The notes beneath the pieces were generated by a model, which did no database searches, was not told where the DNA came from, and saw only the letters and a program-made list of their open reading frames with translations. From IMG/VR virus record IMGVR_UViG_2921643360_000001, positions 1 through 64,000 of that record: DNA of 64,000 nucleotides; one strand, 5' to 3'. Position numbers and translations under genes: made by a program. The stretch comes from a virus. Within the stretch, counting starts at the first letter, position 1. Every line of letters starts with the position of its first letter. This document shows, piece after piece, positions 15,557-24,489 of this stretch.

Positions 15557-17085
15557 ATCACGTTCTCTTTGAAGATCGGCCCAACTACGAGACTGTTAGC
15601 TTCCCTAAGCCGCGACCGTTCCAGACTTCGGCGCACGACCGGCTTCGCGAAGGACGGCGCGCAGGACACAAGAATCAACTCGTGATGGCTCCGACTGGCG
15701 CCGGCAAATCTTATCTTGGTCTCCGCATCGCTCATGAAGCATTGGCGAAGGGGCGCAAGGCGATTTTCGTTTGCGACCGCGAGGCGTTGATCGACCAGAC
15801 TAGCGAGGTCGCAGACAAATATGGCCTAAGCGCGCATGGAGTCATCAAGGCGAATCACTGGCGCGTAAATCGCGATATGCCATTCCAGATCGCGAGCGCG
15901 CAGACGTTGGCTCGTCGCGGATGGCCCGAAGATATGGACGTGATCATCATCGATGAAGCGCACACCCAGTACACGGTATGGCGAGATTACATCCCGAACT
16001 GCCGCGCGTCCGTCATTGGATTGTCTGCAACTCCGTTTTCAGATGGTCTAGGAAAGCTTTTTAGCAATCTGATCAATGCCACGACTATGCACGACCTCAC
16101 CGAATCCGGCGTGCTTGTGCCGATGCGCGTGTTCTCGTGCAAGAAAACCAATATGGACGGCGCTGCAACTCGCGGTGGCGAGTGGACCGATTCCGCCGCC
16201 GAGGAGCGCGGCATGGAAATCGTCGGTGATGTGGTGGCCGAATGGATGAAGCTTGGCGAAGGCCGCAAGACAATCGTCTTTGGTTCCACGATCAAGCATT
16301 GCGAGGAATTGTGCCGGGAATTCAATGCCGCTGGCGTGATGGCCGCCGTGTTCACATCTGAAACGCCGCCCGAACAGCGCAAGCCGCTCCTTGAGGAATA
16401 CCGAAAGCGTAACTCAGTGTTGCGCGTGCTGATTAGCGTTGAGGCTCTGGCGAAGGGATTTGATGTGCAGGATGTTGGCTGCGTTGTCGACTGTCGGCCT
16501 CTCCGCAAGTCTCTAAGCACGGCAATCCAAATGTGGGGAAGAGGCCTGCGTTCGTCGCCGGAAACTGGTAAGCAAGATTGCCTGCTTCTTGATCATAGCG
16601 GGAACATCACCCGGTTTTTGGATGACTACACCGACATTTTCTATAACGGCCTCGACGCGTTGGATGCTGGTGAAAAGCTGGATAAGGCGGTGCGCAAGGA
16701 GCCTGAAGAGAAGGAGGTGGTCGCCTGCCCTTCATGCGGCTATAAGCCTTTCGGACGGCGCTGCATGTCGTGCGGATTCGAGCCGAAATCTTCAGCCCTT
16801 GTGGAGGCCGTACCCGGTGAAATGCAGGAGGTCGTTATAGGAAAAAGGAAATTGGCCGACGACAAACGGCACCTATATGCGCAGATCTGCACATATGCGC
16901 GCTCCCATAGTGACCCAGACAAGCAGCGTGGGCGGGCGGCGCACCTTTATCGAAAAATCATGGGCGATTGGCCGCCACGTGACTTCGTGTTCGAGAAGAC
17001 GGAGAACGTCACCATCGAGCGCAACACACTGAACAAGATCAAATCAACCAACATTGCTGCGGCAAAGGCGCGCTCAAATGGCTGA
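15553..17085 (+). CDS. SF2 DEAD/DEAH-box DNA helicase
   Basis: Motif I 'APTGAGKS', motif II 'IIIDEAHT' and a C-terminal Zn-ribbon 'CPSCGYKPFGRRCMSCG'. Confidence 0.85.
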   Translation: MNHVLFEDRPNYETVSFPKPRPFQTSAHDRLREGRRAGHKNQLVMAPTGAGKSYLGLRIAHEALAKGRKAIFVCDREALIDQTSEVADKYGLSAHGVIKANHWRVNRDMPFQIASAQTLARRGWPEDMDVIIIDEAHTQYTVWRDYIPNCRASVIGLSATPFSDGLGKLFSNLINATTMHDLTESGVLVPMRVFSCKKTNMDGAATRGGEWTDSAAEERGMEIVGDVVAEWMKLGEGRKTIVFGSTIKHCEELCREFNAAGVMAAVFTSETPPEQRKPLLEEYRKRNSVLRVLISVEALAKGFDVQDVGCVVDCRPLRKSLSTAIQMWGRGLRSSPETGKQDCLLLDHSGNITRFLDDYTDIFYNGLDALDAGEKLDKAVRKEPEEKEVVACPSCGYKPFGRRCMSCGFEPKSSALVEAVPGEMQEVVIGKRKLADDKRHLYAQICTYARSHSDPDKQRGRAAHLYRKIMGDWPPRDFVFEKTENVTIERNTLNKIKSTNIAAAKARSNG

Positions 17086-17941
17086 CTTCATTAGTTTTGC
17101 ACTTTCGCATGGCGTTGTTATCAACCGCTTGGATGACAGCGGGCGTATCAAACGCTGCGGCACGGTCGATCACCCGAAATCCACCAACGGCGCATACATG
17201 TGGGACGGGCAGCGTGGTTTTGCATTCGCATGGGACGCGGACGCAGAGCCGAAGTGGTTCAACGATCCGCACGCGAAGCCGTGGACCGAAGAGGAAAAGC
17301 GAGCGTTCGCAACGCGGCAAGACGCTGAGCGCCGCAAGAAAGTTGGGCGCTATCAGCAGGCAGCGAGGAATGCAGCGGAACTGATGAAGACGGCAGTTAT
17401 GGGCGAGCACAACTACTTCCATTACAAGGGTCTGCCCTTGGCTCGCGGTCTGGTGTTGCCTGATGGCGGTCTGTTCGTGCCGATGCGCGGTCTGAGTGGC
17501 GGTCTGCAGGGCGCGCAGACGATCCGATGGGATGCAGAGAACCGCACGTACGAAAAGAAGATGCTGTCGGGCATGCGGGCGAAAGGCGCCGTGCTGAAGC
17601 TTGGCCCGGCCCGATCGAACGAGACGGTGCTGTGTGAAGGCTACGCGACCGGCCTGTCGATCGAAATGGCAATCCGCCAGATGCGCCTGAATACTCAAGT
17701 GCTGGTGTGCTTCTCGGATTCAAACATGGCTTTCGTCGCGTCGAGCGTGAATGGTCGCAAGTTCGTGTTTGCCGATAACGATAAGTCTGGCGCTGGTGAG
17801 CGTGCGGCAAAGCAAACCGGCCTGCCCTATTGCATGAGCGAACAACTTGGAGAGGACGCTAATGATATGCACGTTCGGTCTGGCCTGATGGCGGTCTGTC
17901 AGAAAGTGATGGCGCTTAGACGAATGGATAAGGCGGCATGA
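17078..17941 (+). CDS. Toprim-domain primase-like protein
   Basis: Start at the internal ATG (MADFISF). 'VLCEGYATGLSI...FADNDKSGAGERAA' gives the Toprim E...DxD signature. Confidence 0.65.
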   Translation: MADFISFALSHGVVINRLDDSGRIKRCGTVDHPKSTNGAYMWDGQRGFAFAWDADAEPKWFNDPHAKPWTEEEKRAFATRQDAERRKKVGRYQQAARNAAELMKTAVMGEHNYFHYKGLPLARGLVLPDGGLFVPMRGLSGGLQGAQTIRWDAENRTYEKKMLSGMRAKGAVLKLGPARSNETVLCEGYATGLSIEMAIRQMRLNTQVLVCFSDSNMAFVASSVNGRKFVFADNDKSGAGERAAKQTGLPYCMSEQLGEDANDMHVRSGLMAVCQKVMALRRMDKAA

Positions 17942-18105
17942 TCCACGACCCAGCCAGATTACGCGAGGTCATCGAAGAAATCGCCGCTTGGCCCCTCGAC
18001 AAACGTCGCGAATACATCCGGCAAATCGAAGAGGCAAACGGAAAGTCCGCAGCAGATCAACTGCGAGCGGGGTTGGTGGAATTGTGGCGGGAACGGGATA
18101 AGTAG
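17938..18105 (+). CDS. 55-aa hypothetical protein
   Basis: ATGA-coupled. My translation is MIHDPARLREVIEEIAAWPLDKRREYIRQIEEANGKSAADQLRAGLVELWRERDK. Confidence 0.45.
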   Translation: MIHDPARLREVIEEIAAWPLDKRREYIRQIEEANGKSAADQLRAGLVELWRERDK

Positions 18106-18120
18106 AGGGGAAGCGAGAAA

Positions 18121-19539
18121 ATGCAACGAAGAGCAAACGTAGAGTTGAGGACTGCTTACAACGCTTTCATTGAAAGCAAGCGCATGTCCGATCCGGCATC
18201 GGGGTTGACGGAAATCCCGGCGCTGAATCAAACGCTCAAGCCGCACCAGCACGACATTGTGACGTGGGCTCTCCGTCGCGGTCGGGCTGCCGTGTTCGCC
18301 GGAACTGGCCTGGGCAAGAGTTTCATGCAACTGGAATGGGCTCGCTGTGTCGCTGAGGCAACGGATATGCCCGTGCTAATCCTGGCGCCGCTCGCTGTGG
18401 CCGCGCAAACGAAGCGAGAAGGCGAAAAGTTCGGGATTGAGGTCAAGCACTGCCGAGAGCAATCGGAAGTTGGCGATGCATCGATCGTCGTCACGAACTA
18501 TGACCGGCTGCAGAAATTCGACCTTGAGCATTTCGCAGGCGTCGTGCTGGATGAGTCGAGCATCCTCAAGGCATCAGACGGCAAGACCCGCACGGCAATC
18601 ATCGAGGCATTCAAGGATTACCGATTCCGGCTCGCCTGCACCGCTACGCCGGCGCCGAACGATTACATGGAGCTCGGCAACCACGCGGAATTCCTTGGCG
18701 TGATGACGCAGGAAGAAATGCTGGCGATGTTCTTTATTCACGACGGTGGCGAGACGCAGAAATGGCGCCTCAAGGGCCATGCAGAAAGCGAGTTCTGGAA
18801 ATGGATGTGCTCGTGGGCCGTGATGCTGCGCAAACCGTCCGACCTTGGCTATCCGAACGACGGCTACGATCTGCCGCCGCTGGCTATCGAGCAAATCACG
18901 GTTGGTGTCGACCATGACCGCGCGCAAGACACGCTTTTCGTGATGCAAGCCGCGACGCTGCAGGACCGGATCAAAGAGCGGCGCGAGACCGTCGAGGAGC
19001 GCTGCCGTGCTGCCGTCGAAATCATCGCCCGTAAGCCCGATACGCCGTGGCTTGTGTGGTGCAACCTGAACAGCGAAGCGGAACTCATGACGAAGCTGAT
19101 CGCGGATGCCGTTGAGGTTCGCGGTTCCGACAAGGTCGAAGACAAGGAACGCAAGCTTCTCGGCTTCACGGACGGCCAGATTCGCGTCATGACGACCAAG
19201 CCAAGCGTAGCCGGATTTGGGATGAACTGGCAGCACTGCGCAGACATGGTTTTCGTCGGCCTCAACGACTCATACGAGCAACTGTTTCAGGCAATTCGCC
19301 GTTGCTGGCGCTTCGGGCAGACGAAGCCAGTGAATGTCTATCTCGTGGCTGCTGAGACCGAAGGCGCAGTCGTGGCGAATCTGCATCGCAAAGAGGCTGA
19401 CGCCGAGCGCATGGCTGAGCAGATGGTCGCTCACATGCAGGACATTACCGTCGCCACGATTCGCGGCACGTCCCGAACCAAGACCGAATACAACCCGTCC
19501 GTCGAAATGACGATCCCCCAATTTCTGGAGGCTGCATGA
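18121..19539 (+). CDS. SNF2-related / DEAD-like helicase (methylase-associated)
   Basis: 'FAGTGLGKS' (motif I) and 'VVLDESSILK' (motif II). Translationally coupled to the downstream MTase. Confidence 0.75.
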   Translation: MQRRANVELRTAYNAFIESKRMSDPASGLTEIPALNQTLKPHQHDIVTWALRRGRAAVFAGTGLGKSFMQLEWARCVAEATDMPVLILAPLAVAAQTKREGEKFGIEVKHCREQSEVGDASIVVTNYDRLQKFDLEHFAGVVLDESSILKASDGKTRTAIIEAFKDYRFRLACTATPAPNDYMELGNHAEFLGVMTQEEMLAMFFIHDGGETQKWRLKGHAESEFWKWMCSWAVMLRKPSDLGYPNDGYDLPPLAIEQITVGVDHDRAQDTLFVMQAATLQDRIKERRETVEERCRAAVEIIARKPDTPWLVWCNLNSEAELMTKLIADAVEVRGSDKVEDKERKLLGFTDGQIRVMTTKPSVAGFGMNWQHCADMVFVGLNDSYEQLFQAIRRCWRFGQTKPVNVYLVAAETEGAVVANLHRKEADAERMAEQMVAHMQDITVATIRGTSRTKTEYNPSVEMTIPQFLEAA

Positions 19540-20417
19540 AAGTTTTGAATGAAAAGATCGGCGCCGACTACGCCATGTATCACGCAGATTGCGTGGAAGG
19601 CGTATCGGGCCTGCCGGATGAATCCGTGGGGTTCTCGGTATTCAGCCCGCCATTCGCAAGCTTGTACACGTACAGCAACAGCGATCGCGACATGGGCAAT
19701 TCGAAAGACGATGGCGCGTTCGATGTTCACTTTCAGTTTCTGGTGAAGGAGCTGTATCGAGTTCTCAAGGCTGGCCGCCTGGTGTCGTTCCATTGCATGA
19801 ACCTGCCGACCAGCAAAGCGCATCACGGCTTCATCGGCATCCGGGACTTCCGCGGTGACCTGATCCGCATGTTCGAGAAGGAAGGTTTCATTTTCCATAG
19901 CGAGGTATGCATCTGGAAAGACCCGGTTACGGCGATGCAGCGCACGAAAGCACTTGGGTTGCTGCACAAGACGATCCGCAACGATTCGAGCATGAGCCGA
20001 CAGGGTATCCCCGATTACCTGGTGACGATGCGCAAGCCGGGCAAGAATCCTGAGCCGATCGCGCACACGCACGAAGAGTTCCCCGTCGAGCTGTGGCAGC
20101 AATACGCGTCTCCCGTGTGGATGGACGTAAATCCTAGCGACACGCTGACATTCCGCGAAGCTCGCGATGAAGAAGATGAGAGACATATCTGCGCTTTACA
20201 GCTCCCCGTCATCGAGCGCGCGCTGAAGCTTTGGAGCAATCCGGGCGACGTGGTGCTGTCCCCGTTCGGCGGGATTGGCTCAGAGGGATATGTCTCACTG
20301 CAAATGGGGCGCAAGTACATCGGCTTCGAGCTCAAGGAATCGTACTGGAAAGTTGCTTGCAAAAATCTTGAGTCGGCAAAGGCAAGCATGGGCGACATGT
20401 TCGCGGAGGTGGCGTAA
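19536..20417 (+). CDS. DNA methyltransferase (N6-A/N4-C, beta-class order)
   Basis: The catalytic 'SPPF' motif precedes the AdoMet motif 'VLSPFGGIGSEG'. Confidence 0.85.
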   Translation: MKVLNEKIGADYAMYHADCVEGVSGLPDESVGFSVFSPPFASLYTYSNSDRDMGNSKDDGAFDVHFQFLVKELYRVLKAGRLVSFHCMNLPTSKAHHGFIGIRDFRGDLIRMFEKEGFIFHSEVCIWKDPVTAMQRTKALGLLHKTIRNDSSMSRQGIPDYLVTMRKPGKNPEPIAHTHEEFPVELWQQYASPVWMDVNPSDTLTFREARDEEDERHICALQLPVIERALKLWSNPGDVVLSPFGGIGSEGYVSLQMGRKYIGFELKESYWKVACKNLESAKASMGDMFAEVA

Positions 20418-20912
20418 ATGCCCGGTAACAGCAAGAAACGCAAAAAGTACAGCCCGAGCCGCTCCGTTCATCGCATCGTCGCATGGGCCGAACGCAAGGT
20501 AGGCGAGCGCCCTATCCGTCAGGATGCCCAGCGCGACATCGGTATCGCCGCACACATCGCTTTCGAGCGCCTGCGTAATGGCGCCGACAAGGATTCGCTC
20601 TACATCATCGCGACCACTTTCGATGTCGCTTACGAGTTGGCCGTGAAGGGTTGCGGCGCCGAATACCTGGGCGAAATCAAAGCTGGCATGGCCGCTCTCG
20701 TCCGTGCCAAGAAAGACGCGAACCTGACCGGCAAGTGGATCGTTACTGGCGACGACACCGAAGCGGTGCGTACGGCGCTAGAGGTGCATGACGCGCAACT
20801 CGAAGTCGCCGCACGCGCTGTCGTCGTGAAGGCGCTTAACGACGTGATGAAACGTATTGAGACAGGTTCAAACGAAACTGAATTCGAAACGATGCTTTTG
20901 GAGGCTGCGTGA
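20418..20912 (+). CDS. Hypothetical phage protein
   Basis: 164-aa ORF that abuts the MTase stop. No motif recognised. Confidence 0.55.
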   Translation: MPGNSKKRKKYSPSRSVHRIVAWAERKVGERPIRQDAQRDIGIAAHIAFERLRNGADKDSLYIIATTFDVAYELAVKGCGAEYLGEIKAGMAALVRAKKDANLTGKWIVTGDDTEAVRTALEVHDAQLEVAARAVVVKALNDVMKRIETGSNETEFETMLLEAA

Positions 20913-21361
20913 TGTCAAACCGAGAAAAACCATCCATGAAAACCGTGATCGAGTTCATCGGGAAATTCGGCCCGCTAGAGACGGATCAACTAAAGCTAAT
21001 GCTGCCAATGTCGGAAACCGCCATCTACAAGGCGTGCAAGAGCGGAGTCGACGAGGGATATCTCAGGGTAGACCGCGCCAAAAAGAAAGGCGTATGCGGA
21101 CGCCGGCATTGCATCTACACGCGCACGGACAAGCCTTATATCGCACCGCAGGTTTGCCACAAGACGATCATTAATCGCATCTACAGGGAGCGAATGCTGA
21201 CTATGGATAAAGTTCCAGATAACAGGGTTGTCCCATTCAGGCATTGGATGGATTCGGCGCTTTTCGGCTCTTACCCGACGCCTATTGAGCCGCAGATCAA
21301 GGAAGGTCGCATCTACAGACAGCCAATGAACGTTCGCGATGACGAGGAGCTTGCAGCATGA
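20909..21361 (+). CDS. Hypothetical phage protein (possible wHTH)
   Basis: 150 aa, with a 4-nt overlap to the neighbour. Confidence 0.55.
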   Translation: MMSNREKPSMKTVIEFIGKFGPLETDQLKLMLPMSETAIYKACKSGVDEGYLRVDRAKKKGVCGRRHCIYTRTDKPYIAPQVCHKTIINRIYRERMLTMDKVPDNRVVPFRHWMDSALFGSYPTPIEPQIKEGRIYRQPMNVRDDEELAA

Positions 21362-21582
21362 ACATCCGCGATATAGCAGGCATATCCAGCCAGCAGGAAC
21401 TGTACGAACTGGCGTCGAACTTCAATGTTCACGTCGGCAGCATGGACAAGCTGATCCGATTCGCCGGCGAACTCCAAAAGCGCGCCCTAGCCGACCACGC
21501 AAAGCGCGAGCTGGCGATGGATCGACTTGTTGAGGATGCGGAAGAGCTCGGACTTTATAACGAACCGGAGAAAGCAGCGTGA
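21358..21582 (+). CDS. Hypothetical small protein
   Basis: 74 aa, part of the overlap chain. Confidence 0.5.
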   Translation: MNIRDIAGISSQQELYELASNFNVHVGSMDKLIRFAGELQKRALADHAKRELAMDRLVEDAEELGLYNEPEKAA

Positions 21583-22199
21583 AGAAACTGATTCTCAAGA
21601 AACTGTTGCGGGTGCATTCCAACGCCTGCTCTACGCCCTACTACCACCTGTCCGGCTACATGCTACGCGACTGGATTCTCGGTTACCGCAGCCCGGATCG
21701 AAACGCCGATAACCCAGCATGGAAAGCGGGCTTTAGCCCGAAGTCGTCGGCGCTCTATCGCTGGATCTGCCGCAACGTCGCTATCCGCGCTCACACGATC
21801 CTGCGCAGCGACAACGACCGTCACTTGCACGACCATCCGTCGTGGTCGCTGTCGATCGTGCTGTCGGGCGGGTATTGGGAAGTGTGCGAGCCGACCGAAT
21901 GGGCGAAGCAATTCGGAGCAACGTACCGCCGAATCGTCGACGGACTCGACCGGGGAATGATCGACAACGAAGACAGTTACGAACTCGACTACGTTGCACG
22001 GTTCGGAATCTTCTGGCGCGGACCCGGCGCGATCGTCCTGCGTCGCGCTACTGACTTCCATCGCCTGATCCTGCCACGTGGCACGGTCGCCAAGTCAATA
22101 TTCGTCATGGGCAAGAAAACCAACAGTTGGGGCTTCCTGACGCCTAACGGCAAGGTCTACTGGCGCACGTATCTCGGTCTCGACAAGGAACAAGCATGA
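21579..22199 (+). CDS. Hypothetical protein with 'HLHDHP' metal-site-like motif
   Basis: 206 aa. 'DRHLHDHPSWSLSIVLSGGYWE' resembles a cupin-type His cluster. Weak call. Confidence 0.5.
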   Translation: MKKLILKKLLRVHSNACSTPYYHLSGYMLRDWILGYRSPDRNADNPAWKAGFSPKSSALYRWICRNVAIRAHTILRSDNDRHLHDHPSWSLSIVLSGGYWEVCEPTEWAKQFGATYRRIVDGLDRGMIDNEDSYELDYVARFGIFWRGPGAIVLRRATDFHRLILPRGTVAKSIFVMGKKTNSWGFLTPNGKVYWRTYLGLDKEQA

Positions 22200-23266
22200 C
22201 TCTCGAACACTCGCAGACAGGCGGAATCGGAGACGTCAATTCCAGCGAGCGCGGCTCCGGAGCGAGATACAACACGGGCAAGGTTGCTATCGAGTTGATC
22301 CCTCTGCGTCTGATCGCGGAACAACTTGAACACGCCACGTCGGAAGACGATCCGCAAAACACGCTTATCGGCGCCCTGTGGAATCTCGCGTTGTTTCAGG
22401 AAGGCGGCGAGGCGCATTACCTGCGCGCGGCAATCGAAAACGTCGGATCGGCATGGGACGAATGCGCGGCGGTATTCGACTACGGGCGGAAGAAATATAG
22501 CAAGCGAGGTGATTGCACATGCAGTGCGGGCGATGCGGTACGACTGAACCTGAGCGGTTCTATCTATACACCTACAAAGGCGCAAACATCCGAAAGTTGC
22601 TCAAGGGATTTTGCAAGCCTTGCTACGACAAAGACCTCAAAGAGCGGAATCCAGGGTATCGGAAGCGACAAACCGAAAACCATCGAAAGTGGCTCGCAAA
22701 CCCTGAGAACAGAGAGCGAGCGCGCGCATCTGAACGGAAGCGATCTGCAAAGCGAAAGCTGGACCCAAATTACAAGGAGCAATCCAAGCTCTACCGAATC
22801 AAGCAGGAATACGGACTCACGCCTGAGCAGTACGACACCCTCATCGCGGCAGGATGCGCAATCTGCGGAAGCTTCGATCGATTGCATGTCGACCATTGCC
22901 ACGACAAAGGACACGTCAGAGCAGCGTTATGCCATTCCTGCAACATTGGCCTTGGATTTGTCGAAAGGCCTAACGGCTGGCTTGAGCGCGCACTCGAATA
23001 CCTGCGGCGTACATCAGACGCCGGGGCACACGGGTAACTGGAACTGGGCCAAGGGAATGGCGTGGAGCGTTCCCCTCGCCTGCGCTGCCCGCCATCTGAT
23101 CTTCGGCATGATGGCCGGTGAAGAACTCGACCCTGAATCGGGCCTGCCCCATCGCGGTCACTTCCTCTGCAATCTCGTGATGCTGCTGACGTTCATGCGG
23201 ACCTATCCGGAGGGAGATGATCGTCCGTCGCAATGGTTGGCTACGCCGACACAGGAAGCCGCATGA
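22196..23266 (+). CDS. dATP/dGTP-diphosphohydrolase-like (DUF5664) protein carrying a 178-codon in-frame insertion
   Basis: The flanks 'NTGKVAIELIP...YGRKKY' and 'GNWNWAKGMAWS...ARHL...DPESGLPHRGHFLCNLVMLL' match the family. The middle is S/T-rich shadow translation of the HNH gene. Confidence 0.6.
   Translation: MTLEHSQTGGIGDVNSSERGSGARYNTGKVAIELIPLRLIAEQLEHATSEDDPQNTLIGALWNLALFQEGGEAHYLRAAIENVGSAWDECAAVFDYGRKKYSKRGDCTCSAGDAVRLNLSGSIYTPTKAQTSESCSRDFASLATTKTSKSGIQGIGSDKPKTIESGSQTLRTESERAHLNGSDLQSESWTQITRSNPSSTESSRNTDSRLSSTTPSSRQDAQSAEASIDCMSTIATTKDTSEQRYAIPATLALDLSKGLTAGLSAHSNTCGVHQTPGHTGNWNWAKGMAWSVPLACAARHLIFGMMAGEELDPESGLPHRGHFLCNLVMLLTFMRTYPEGDDRPSQWLATPTQEAA
22499..23032 (+). mobile_element. 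534-bp homing-endonuclease insertion between the Y and G codons of the host KYG-NW motif
   Basis: Boundaries inferred from where the DUF5664-like sequence stops and resumes. Confidence 0.55.
22519..23037 (+). CDS. Endonuclease VII-type HNH homing endonuclease
   Basis: 'LHVDHCHDKGHVRAALCHSCNIGLG' is the Endo VII/HNH core, with an N-terminal CxxC..CxxC. SD AGGTG lies 7 nt upstream. The ORF is in the -1 frame relative to the host ORF. Confidence 0.8.
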   Translation: MQCGRCGTTEPERFYLYTYKGANIRKLLKGFCKPCYDKDLKERNPGYRKRQTENHRKWLANPENRERARASERKRSAKRKLDPNYKEQSKLYRIKQEYGLTPEQYDTLIAAGCAICGSFDRLHVDHCHDKGHVRAALCHSCNIGLGFVERPNGWLERALEYLRRTSDAGAHG

Positions 23267-23406
23267 AACATTCCCTCATTCTTTTCCTGCTCCTTCTGCC
23301 GATCAGCCTTTCTCTCGCCACACGCCGCATCGGTGTGCGCAACTGGCAATACTGGGCGGTCGTTTTCACTGCGGCGATCATGTTTGAGGCGGGGAGATAC
23401 GTATGA
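23263..23406 (+). CDS. 47-aa membrane peptide
   Basis: ATGA-coupled. Reads MKHSLILFLLLLPISLSLATRRIGVRNWQYWAVVFTAAIMFEAGRYV. Confidence 0.45.
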   Translation: MKHSLILFLLLLPISLSLATRRIGVRNWQYWAVVFTAAIMFEAGRYV

Positions 23407-23747
23407 CCGACGAAGGCGAGATCAATATTTTTCGGGCGCTAGACTTCATCCGAGATCAAGCGCCCGCCTACGCCCAAGCCAAGGCCCAACGAGTCTACCT
23501 GGAGAATTTCAGGAAGAGCAAGAAGGCGCTGCTGATGCGCGCCGCGGAACTCAAGGGCCACAAGACGGCGGCCATCCAAGAGCGCGAGGCGTACGCAGAC
23601 GACGGCTATATCGAGATCCTTGCGGCACTCCAAGCGGCAACCGAGGAAGAAGAACGGCTGCGCTGGATGATCGTCGCGGCAGAGGCAAAGATTGAATGCT
23701 GGAGAACGATCGAGGCGAACCGGCGTGCGGAGGCGAGGACTCTATGA
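23403..23747 (+). CDS. Hypothetical helical phage protein
   Basis: 114 aa, part of the overlap chain. Confidence 0.55.
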   Translation: MTDEGEINIFRALDFIRDQAPAYAQAKAQRVYLENFRKSKKALLMRAAELKGHKTAAIQEREAYADDGYIEILAALQAATEEEERLRWMIVAAEAKIECWRTIEANRRAEARTL

Positions 23748-23881
23748 GCACCGCCACCTACTACTCAATCCTCGCCACGATCTGCCTCACGCGAGTGGTG
23801 CCTAGGTGGGCTTGCATCGCCAGCGGGATCGTCTATCTCGGGCTTGCGGTTGCTCTTGACATGGGGTGGTTTGCACGATGA
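23744..23881 (+). CDS. 45-aa membrane peptide
   Basis: ATG overlaps the upstream TGA. Reads MSTATYYSILATICLTRVVPRWACIASGIVYLGLAVALDMGWFAR. Confidence 0.4.
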   Translation: MSTATYYSILATICLTRVVPRWACIASGIVYLGLAVALDMGWFAR

Positions 23882-24489
23882 ACCGTCTCCCCAGAAAAAA
23901 GAAGTGCGCAGCTTGCAAGACGGTTTTCGAACCAGCGCGCTCACTCCAGAAAGTGTGTAGCCCCAAGTGTGCCGCCGATTTTGCAGCGAAACAGAAAGCG
24001 CAGAAGTTGGCGAGGGCGAATCGGGAGGAGAGGAAGTCCCTCGCAGAGCGTAAAGCCAAGCTCAAGACTCGCCGCGAGTGGATTGCCGAGGCTCAGGCGG
24101 CATTTAACGCATACGTGCGTGAGCGAGATTACGGGAAGCCATGCATAAGTTGCGGCATCCCGCCGAGGGAAGCTTTCGGCGGCGCTGTTGATTGCGGTCA
24201 TTATCGAAGTGTTGGCAGCGCTTCTCAGCATCGCTTCAATTTAAAAAATTGCGCTGCACAATGTGTCAAATGCAATAGATATTTAGGATCTAATGCCGTC
24301 GAAATGAGGAAAGGACTTATAATTAAGATTGGTCTAGAAGAATTGGAAAATCTAGAGTCAGACCAGACCATCAAGAAGTTCAACATCGAATACCTCGCTC
24401 GCATCAAGCGAGTCTTCCTCAAGAAAGCGCGGCGAGCTAAGGCCCGGAGAAATCATGAGCATAACGAAATGGAATATGCAGCCGGGTGA
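23878..24489 (+). CDS. ninG: NinG/Rap-like recombination protein
   Basis: N-terminal 'KKCAACKTVFEP...VCSPKC' and central 'CISCG...DCGHYRSVG...NCAAQCVKCNRYLGSN' fit lambda NinG. Confidence 0.75.
   Translation: MNRLPRKKKCAACKTVFEPARSLQKVCSPKCAADFAAKQKAQKLARANREERKSLAERKAKLKTRREWIAEAQAAFNAYVRERDYGKPCISCGIPPREAFGGAVDCGHYRSVGSASQHRFNLKNCAAQCVKCNRYLGSNAVEMRKGLIIKIGLEELENLESDQTIKKFNIEYLARIKRVFLKKARRAKARRNHEHNEMEYAAG

Noticed and set aside
22499-23032. Intein interpretation of the in-frame insertion in the DUF5664-like gene
   Set aside because: The nuclease motifs are in a different reading frame from the host ORF. The host-frame translation lacks intein junction residues: there is no C-terminal His-Asn before a Cys, Ser or Thr, and there are no Hint blocks.
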